From positions 2,192,616 to 2,256,615 of the forward strand of contig NC_069002.1 in NCBI RefSeq assembly GCF_001194135.2: a stretch of DNA of 64,000 bases, given 5' to 3'. Under the pieces are notes generated by a model, which saw only the letters and a program-made list of their open reading frames with translations, was not told the DNA's origin and did not search any database. Below, one piece after another: positions 55,215 through 64,000 of this stretch. This DNA is from Octopus bimaculoides. Taxonomy: Eukaryota. Each line of letters begins with the position of its first letter. Position 1 is the stretch's first letter. The position numbers and the translations under genes are program-made.

Positions 55215-57307
55215 ATCTACTTGAAAAATAAATTTCGCTTGGCTACATTTCATGAGAGTGTCTTGGTTAGCTTGTGAACGCTTCAGCCGATATTCGTAAA
55301 TAATTTCTAGCAGCTGATATATTATTGGATCTAAGTGGTATGAACATTTTCAGCCGATCTAGGCTCACAAGGTGACGTAGAGCACGGTCAGCTGATTGCA
55401 TGACAGGAAAAGAAATGACGCATCTGCGACAAATGTACAAATCACTGTAAAATAAAACTGTAAAAGAAATGCAAAGAATAAGAGAAACTTTCAGTTTTCT
55501 GTCCAAGACGCTTAAAGAATGGTTTCAGTAGAACTAGAAATCTCATCAACAGATTCGAGAGTGATGATATATACGGTAATATATAAGACCAGCCAATGAG
55601 AAAAGATATACGAAAAATTAATCAAGCCATATATTGAAATACGTATATAATATCACAATATGCATTTCAATAAATACCTTTTTACGATTTGCTCTAGGGA
55701 CTTCGATATATTCGTTATTTCATATTCAAAAAGATTGTAGGTGGTTGTAGGTGGGCTTTCTCTCTCTCTTTCTTTCTTTCTTGATTTCTCTCTCTCTTCC
55801 TCCTTCTCTCTCTCTCTCCTGTCTCTGTGGAAATATGGTATTAAAGAATATTACTGAAACAACAGTGTGAATTATGTATATATTTGTACATGCTTGTATA
55901 TTGTGTGTGCGCGTGTCTGTTTATATGTATGCCCTTATATATTCATATATCTACGTACACACGCAAACACACGCATACATACGTACGCGCACACATTTAA
56001 ATATGTATATTTACAAATATATATATATACATATATATATATAGATATATACATATACACACACACGTACACACTCATATATATATATACCTATATAAAC
56101 ATAGAGGTGTAGTGAAACATACACACATACATGCATACTTGATTATATATCTTTATTTCTTCGTTTATATCATTCTATTTTATCTTTGATATATTCAATA
56201 CAGTTACCTTCTTATATATTGCAATAATTCTTACATGTACAACAGGTTAATATTTAAGAAATTTGTATACCAGGTTTCGTGTTAACTTCCTGTACATAAA
56301 ATGGAGGCTTCATAGATAATTATGTTGTAATATATGTGTATTATTTCTTCTTACATGTTTTCGTTCTCTTTCAAGTTGTGTTCCTTGCTGTTACCACTAC
56401 TGCGTGTTAAAATAATATCTACCAGCGTAATAAATACGTACGTCGAGGTATTGCTGTGTGATGACATTGTAAAGTAAAAGTTTGGACATGGAAACATTTC
56501 AGTTTTGCGATCAATACCACTGCATATTACACTTGTTGTAAACGCTGTGACCATCACCACAGGTCGATTAGATGTTGGAGAATGAAAGCGATTGGACGAG
56601 GCCCTCTGGATGATTGTATGTATGTGTGTGTGTGTGGGTCAGCTTGTATGCATGTGAACATATATTAGAATGTTGGTTGAGTGTATAGAAATATGTATGG
56701 AAATTATCTACACGTTTATATATGCAGGTATATCTATATATACATATCCGAATGCACAAATCATGTACCTATTATAGACATACATGCATACAAACATACA
56801 TACATACGCACACACGCATACATACATACACACACACACGTGTGTGTGTGTGTGTTCGTTTGTATGTATATATGTGTGTGTGCTCACGAGATATATAGCA
56901 ATGTTTCTGAAGGGCAAAAACTTCTCCCTGAAATATGTGGATTTAAACAATTTTATATATGCAGATACGTTTATGTTGGGTTGCATTGCAAATAAACTTT
57001 TAGGCCTTCGCATGAAAATGTATAACAATAGAATATGTACATATGACTGACCATAAGAATCTAAAAAATCCCAAATGCTTTGCGGGAAGAACTGTTCCAA
57101 CGAATTCGCATATTGTCCTTCCCCTCGAAAAACGTAGTAGATGGAACAGGGACAACTGACGAAGGGGTATACACTTTATGTTGCATGTCTCGTTTCTCAT
57201 TGTGTTAAACGTTTCCTTGATATGCATGTATGTATACATATAGATGTAGGTATGTACATATATGTATGGATATATGCATATATATATATATATATATATA
57301 TACATAC

Positions 57308-57339
<32 letters not shown>

Positions 57340-57349
57340 NNNNNNNNNN

Positions 57350-57397
<48 letters not shown>

Positions 57398-57650
57398 TAT
57401 GTGTTGGTACGTGCACGCCTCTGTGTATGTGTGTGTGTGCTTGTGTTTGTATAGGAAGAGAATTACTTAATATGTTTGATGACTTCCACATATAAAAGTG
57501 TTGGATAAGTGGGAGATGTTTGTATCTCTCTGTCTTCCAGTCTTCGTACGAAGAACCATATTAGGTACCAAAGTCAGCAATCAATATCATTCTTCTTTAA
57601 TGCATAAATAAATAAAAGCACCGATAAATGCACACAAACACACACACACA

Positions 57651-57731
<81 letters not shown>

Positions 57732-57763
57732 CTATCTCTCTATATATATATATGTATAATCAG

Positions 57764-57812
<49 letters not shown>

Positions 57813-58794
57813 TAAGTATGCATTCTCGTATATATTAATATGCATGTGTGTATATACATTAATTTGTTAATATCAATAAACATGTATGAACATATATGCG
57901 TATATACTGACACACACAAACATTCACATATATATATATATATACATATATGTGTGCTGACTACGTAGGCAAGAATGTGCGTAAGAGTTTATGAAACAAA
58001 ATTCAGTTAACACACATTTGCACGTGTATCTTCATGCATAGCTTTTATATGTACACTTCGTGAACAACACATACAGAAACACGCATACTTCATATACCCA
58101 AGAAACGTCACTTCATATATATACATATAAGCATAAGCACACATACATTGGCGTAATGAAACATACACATTTAAATTTCTTCAATTCCATCAGAAACTAA
58201 GAAAATTAACCATTTAAAATCTGCATGCGCACATGTGTATTGTGCTACCTGCTGCGATCTGTTAGTGCTTCGTCTTTGATTTATTCACAGATTGGTGTTA
58301 AGGCGAAATGCAAATGGAAAGTGCTAACGAACAGAGACGTTGCCAATACGACAGATGGTGGTGTTGGTGTTGGTGGTGGTGGTGGTGACGGTGGCCGTGT
58401 TGGTGATATCAGCTTTGAAAGTGTTCTCTACACTAATCAAGTAAAAAGTATTTGTCGTTCAAGCATGCCATGAGAGACGACAATGTGAGAGGAAACAGAT
58501 ACAGAGGAGAGAGTAGATATATATATAAGTAACGTTTTCTCGGTTGTGGTGTTGTTGGCGTTGGTGTTGATGGTGGTGCTAAGATTATAGAGACACAGTG
58601 GGGAACAGGATGTGCACTCGACAGAGGCTGCCTTGCTGCTTTGACGTTGACATCGTTACATTTTTGCTGCCAGCTACTGTTTTAACTGCAAATGCATTAG
58701 TCCTACTCTCACCTTTCGTTTTTCAATCCTCTCCTAATCTCCCAATCTCAATATGCTTCTCTCTTTTTCTCTCTCGCTCTCTCTTGTATATACA

Positions 58795-58830
<36 letters not shown>

Positions 58831-60290
58831 NNNNNNNNNNNNNNNNNNNNNNNNNNNNNNNNNNNNNNNNNNNNNNNNNNNNNNNNNNNNNNNNNNNNNN
58901 NNNNNNNNNNNNNNNNNNNNNNNNNNNNNNNNNNNNNNNNNNNNNNNNNNNNNNNNNNNNNNNNNNNNNNNNNNNNNNNNNNNNNNNNNNNNNNNNNNNN
59001 NNNNNNNNNNNNNNNNNNNNNNNNNNNNNNNNNNNNNNNNNNNNNNNNNNNNNNNNNNNNNNNNNNNNNTATATAGATAGATAGATATAGATATGCATAC
59101 ATATATGTATATATTTGTAAATTCATATTATTCATGTATATATGTATATGTATATATACATATTCATGAATATACCTATATAATTATACGCACACACACA
59201 CACACTCATACACACAATAAATATATAAATATATACATATATGTGTGCGTGTGTGTGTGTGTTAAATAAAATGATACAACAAAGCCAAGAGGTGTGGAAT
59301 TTTCAGGACATTTTTAAAGAGTAAGTTAGTCTTACAGCTGGTTCTCGGACGTTATGGAGATCAGTGACTACTACTAAATTCAGACCACGACAGTCGGAGG
59401 GAATGGCGTCGAAGCTGAAGTTTTAAACTTACAGAGACAATATTTATATATTACCTGAAGAAACACAACTAGATCTCATAATGCAGTGAAATCGTACTTC
59501 CACTTCTTGTCTCCAGTTTTCCAATTATATATGTATGTATGTATGCTTTGTATGATGATTACTATGTAATGCTCAGCATCATTACTATTAAGATGATAAT
59601 TAGAGGAATAACTGTATTAGTATTAATATTCCAATTGCAATAGATTTTATATTTGTGAAGAGTTGTTTTGTAAATGTTAATGTGTAAATAAATGTAGAAT
59701 GTACATCTTGTAAGGAATAAATCTAAGATAATGTACAATGTAAAATGTATATCGTATGAAATAAAAACAAAATAACTTTCAGAGATTAATCTGAATTTTT
59801 TTCTTCCTCGTTAGTTACAATGTAACAAATGTCAGTTTAGTAAGAATTGAAGAAATAGAGATAAAAACATGCGAGAACAAATGTAGTTATGCCAAAGGGA
59901 AATTTTGTTCATAACGAGTTAAAATACATGGATATTCATTGGAAGATATGAAAGATAATATGAGTAAATATTTCGGGAGATATAAGTTAACATTTTATAT
60001 ACTGGAATTTGTCTTACAGAATACGTTTATCAACTGGTGGAGTTTTATTGTTTTACCGTTCCAAGATTAGAAAGTGTGGGGGGCAATTTAGGTGTGTAAG
60101 GGCAGAAGAATTCCTAGTTAGGTGTGTGTGNNNNNNNNNNNNNNNNNNNNNNNNNNNNNNNNNNNNNNNNNNNNNNNNNNNNNNNNNNNNNNNNNNNNNN
60201 NNNNNNNNNNNNNNNNNNNNNNNNNNNNNNNNNNNNNNNNNNNNNNNNNNNNNNNNNNNNNNNNNNNNNNNNNNNNNNNNNNNNNNNNNN

Positions 60291-60382
60291 GAGAATATTT
60301 GGGCCTCAACATAACCAACGAAGAGGTTCGCGTAGTTGGGGCCCATTCTCGTCCCCATGGCCACTCCCGAGACTTGCTGGTA
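60291..60382 (-). mobile_element. Penelope-like reverse transcriptase fragment (motif B' region)
   Basis: Translates as [30 protein letters not shown], the Y.Q..G.AMG..MGP.YANLF motif of PLE RTs. It is bounded by a (TA)n tract and an N gap. Confidence 0.92.
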
Positions 60383-60483
60383 GATATATATATATATATA
60401 TGTATATATATGTATGTATATGTATATAATATACATATTTATATATATACATGCACACACACGCACAGGCACGCACACAAATC

Positions 60484-60526
<43 letters not shown>

Positions 60527-61149
60527 TTTATATAATGGAGATGTGAATTGATAGGAAAAAAAAGCTGGAACAGCTATGGCATCATCATTAGATACTATCT
60601 CACGAAAGTGCAATCTTGCTATGTGTGCGTAGGCGTGAAAGCTTGCTTGCATATACGAATGTAACACTCTGTGTAGAATTGAAGCAGAGATTGGTTTCAC
60701 AGCGACGATTGGGTCAACCAAGATAAATGTTGGATTATAGAATAAAAAAGATAATGCATAGAAGTCAGAGTGGGAAAAACGAATTTTAATTTAAGCTGTA
60801 CTGAAGATTAGTTTTAGAATCGCTAGTGAAAAATGTGATTTATCTTAAATGCTTAAATACAAATCTCAGGTTTGTATAGTAATTAATAAATACACCAGAG
60901 AGATTGATGTTTTACTGTTTTAGTGAAATAACTGTCGAGTTAAATAACAGGCTTATCAGTATAAATGTGTGATTTCATATTATCTGTCTATATCTAAAAG
61001 ATAAAGTGTTCATATTGATAAATAAATATGAAGTAATGAAGTGTTCATTGGAAAACGTATTATTATTCATTAATTTAAGTGCTACTAGTTTGATCATTCT
61101 ATTTCTAAATATTAGGGTAGAATACAATTCACTTTATAATGAAGTTTAA

Positions 61150-62340
61150 ACACCTATGCCCCAGGCATTTACCGAAGAGGAAACTCGCAGACCTTCAGGT
61201 TTACTCTTTATTCAAATCAACGCTGTTACTGTGATAAAAATACAACTCAAAATTCCCCATAGAAGTATTTAGTGCTCCTTGCTACGGAAATATTAAAAAT
61301 ATAGCTACATTCTTAGATAAGGACTTAAAACTAACAGCTGTGGACATCAAAACATGCTTCCTCAACAATTGAAAGAAAATATGATTATTCCCTTCGTCAA
61401 TACAAAATTTAAAAGAATTCCTAGAAGCTTGCCAAAAATATTGTAATCGAAATACTAGATGAAAAAACTCATTCCTTCGGAGTTTTCTTAGAAATATATA
61501 AACAGCTACCAGGCATTTCTATCTAATTCTTGTATTAAAACAAGCAAAAACACACTAAACTGGAATATTTTGACTAATATTAATACTAACTCTAAATGAA
61601 ACCATGGAACATTAAACAGATATATGTCAACAGATTCTATTGCAGATACCATATTTCCAATATACCTATCATTTTAGACTGAGCACATTATAAGAAGGTA
61701 AATAATGGCACGCAAACGAAAACATTCTGCAATATATTTCATAAATCTAGTTATAGCTTATATGTGGATTTAGACTCAACTATAACTATACAGAGGAAAA
61801 ATTTTCTTCGAAAGAAGATGTGACATCACAAGCTTAAAGATTTACTTGCTTCATGTTGAAATAAGACGCTACAGAAATAATAATTTCTACTATAGACACA
61901 GGGTTTTAAATTTTGGGCGAGGGGCTAGTCGATTACATCGACACCAGTACGTAATTGGTACTTATGAAAGGCAACGTCGACCTCGGCAGAATTTGAAAGG
62001 ACACTACAGAAATAATGGAAATTGTATTTATGTAACTTCAAACTACAAGAAAAAGAGTTTTAGCACCCCGCAAAAAAATGTCAATTTTAGAGATTTTACA
62101 AAAAATACTAACATCCAATCAGTCGGTCCGACTCTATATCAATTTCCCTTAAAAAAATTGTGATCGATAGCCAATAAAAACACCTCACCATACATAAACA
62201 TCCGAAGAATTCATTGAAATTTGGTTTAAAATGAAATCAATTTACGCTCATTAGTGACGGCTTTCTATCACGTAGAAAACAGAACCGAACATAGAAGATC
62301 TACACGAAAAACGCTACACAGAGAGCAAGATGGTATAACC
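61150..62340 (+). mobile_element. Heavily decayed retroelement relic, probably Penelope-like
   Basis: A/C-rich strand bias and short pieces such as SAPCYGNIKNIATFLD, LHVEIRRYRNNNFYYR and KHLTIHKH lie in the order expected for a PLE RT followed by GIY-YIG; there are many frameshifts. Confidence 0.4.
61915..61997 (-). mobile_element. SINE family A internal fragment inserted in the relic
   Basis: tagtcgattacatcgacaccagtac...tggtacttatgaaaggcaacgtcgacctcggcagaatttgaa; the cctttcggggtcgataaa segment is deleted. Confidence 0.85.
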
Positions 62341-62815
62341 AAAGTACATTCCGTAATATTTCTAAGAATAATTATATCTAAATATGCTCATCTACAGAAA
62401 ATTTCCGTTTAATTTAGAAACCTCCAGGAATTATTGTCTAAATATCACTATTAAAGTATATTAAGAAATTTCGTAATAAACAAGTAATTTAAACAGCATT
62501 AATATGAAATTACACCTCAGTATTCACAATATTATGTATTACGGATCATATCGCACACTTTATGTATTCGCAACTACTTCCTTTATACAGAGTTAAGCAG
62601 TAAGTATATCATAACCCAATATAATTTTTAAGCAATATCAATTTCGTTAAACAACATTTTTATCATCTTATTAGAAGCATTTGCGCTGATTGTTCTCTTT
62701 TCAATGACACTTCCAGTAGTCATTAAATCATTCCAGGAATTTCAATTATATAATGTACACGCATACTGATAGATTACATATGCATAACATCAGGTGTGTA
62801 TGTGTGTATATATAT

Positions 62816-62859
<44 letters not shown>

Positions 62860-63257
62860 ATGGATAGATGCATATATCTACATGTCTCTATGTGTGTACC
62901 TGTGTTTGTGCATGCGTGTGCGTGTGTAAGTATGTAAAGGCGCGTATGGTTATTTGATTGGCAGCTGTACATTTTCCACCGTTCACACGATTTCAGTAAA
63001 CTGCACTCCATTCATTAAGTAAAAATGCAGGCGGTTTGACATGTCTACAAACAGAATAAACAATAGCACAAAGTGATGATATATTCACGTTTGCTATCTC
63101 TATACATATGTACTTAGATTATCTCTGAAATACCTGCATAAGCTTGCGTATGTTCTGACAACTTTATATACATAATTAATTAATTCACCATGTCAACTTA
63201 TAATACTGATACAAGCACAAATCTAATTATCCATATCATACATTGTCACACACGCAC

Positions 63258-63272
63258 GCACAGACACGCACG

Positions 63273-63352
<80 letters not shown>
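63258..63352. repeat. (CA)n microsatellite
   Basis: Directly visible; one of dozens of dinucleotide and tetranucleotide tracts in the window. Confidence 0.95.
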
Positions 63353-63358
<6 letters not shown>

Positions 63359-63732
63359 TTCATACATATATGTATCTATGCATCTATCTATCTAACACTT
63401 GTGCTGAAAATCTTCCCGTTACACCACTCACTCACGTCCCTCTAGTGTCACCATCTGAAAGCCAAATCCCTTACGGTAATGCTCAGTACCAACATTCCGG
63501 CAACAACCCTACAAACAACCCTACAAAGAGGTCTTTCAGATTCCATCTGCAAATTATGAGGATTCACATTATTACCTAAGTCCGAGCTTTCGGAAAAAGC
63601 TATCGTATTCTGTTCTTAGTACTCTATATTTTTTAATTCTCTATGTAAGTATTTTTGTATTTATACGTATGCGTGTGTGTGTTAGTGTTAATGAAACCTA
63701 ATTTTGTTTATGTGCACCAATATCTAGCATCG

Positions 63733-63807
<75 letters not shown>

Positions 63808-63835
63808 CATAGACGTACAAACACAGATATATATC

Positions 63836-63898
<63 letters not shown>

Positions 63899-64000
63899 CC
63901 ATATGCCTATGTGAATGTGTGTGTGTGTGAGCGTGTTGTGTGCAAACATGCAGAAATATGCCTACATAACACCGAGTTAATATACCACCACGTGCGTGTT

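Noticed and set aside
57110-57170. Permuted hammerhead-like parts (cccctc-GAAA ... CTGACGA-agggg)
   Set aside because: Stem II could pair, but no stem I hairpin or valid stem III can be built. It is probably a repeat remnant and is not supportable as a ribozyme.
58710-58790. Minus-strand AAG/GTGAGA donor after a purine-rich stretch (possible non-coding first exon)
   Set aside because: There is a donor only; the upstream context is microsatellite and gap, so it cannot be evaluated.

Overview
AT-rich eukaryotic genomic DNA, very probably from an octopus (coleoid cephalopod). This inference rests on saturation with (TA)n/(CA)n/(ACAT)n/(AGAT)n/(AAT)n microsatellites and on SINE and transposon families I recognise as octopus-type; it is not database-checked. 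About 4.9 kb is assembly gap (18 N-runs, nearly all abutting (TA)n), and most long entries in the ORF track are artefacts of N-runs and simple repeats. I find no intact, recognisable protein-coding gene, tRNA, rRNA or CRISPR array, so the window looks intronic or intergenic. It supports many copies of three tRNA-derived SINE families and relics of Penelope-like, R4/Dong-like RLE and RTE retroelements. It also supports Tc1/mariner and hAT (Buster/Charlie) transposase relics, two small MITEs and three fold-back structures. The best leads are: (1) a signal-peptide plus Asp-rich reading frame interrupted by one TAG; (2) a perfect pre-miRNA-sized hairpin; (3) a fold-back element with a hammerhead-like core variant; (4) several splice-signal-bounded candidate exons with no recognisable homology. 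All four are hypotheses, not established systems.
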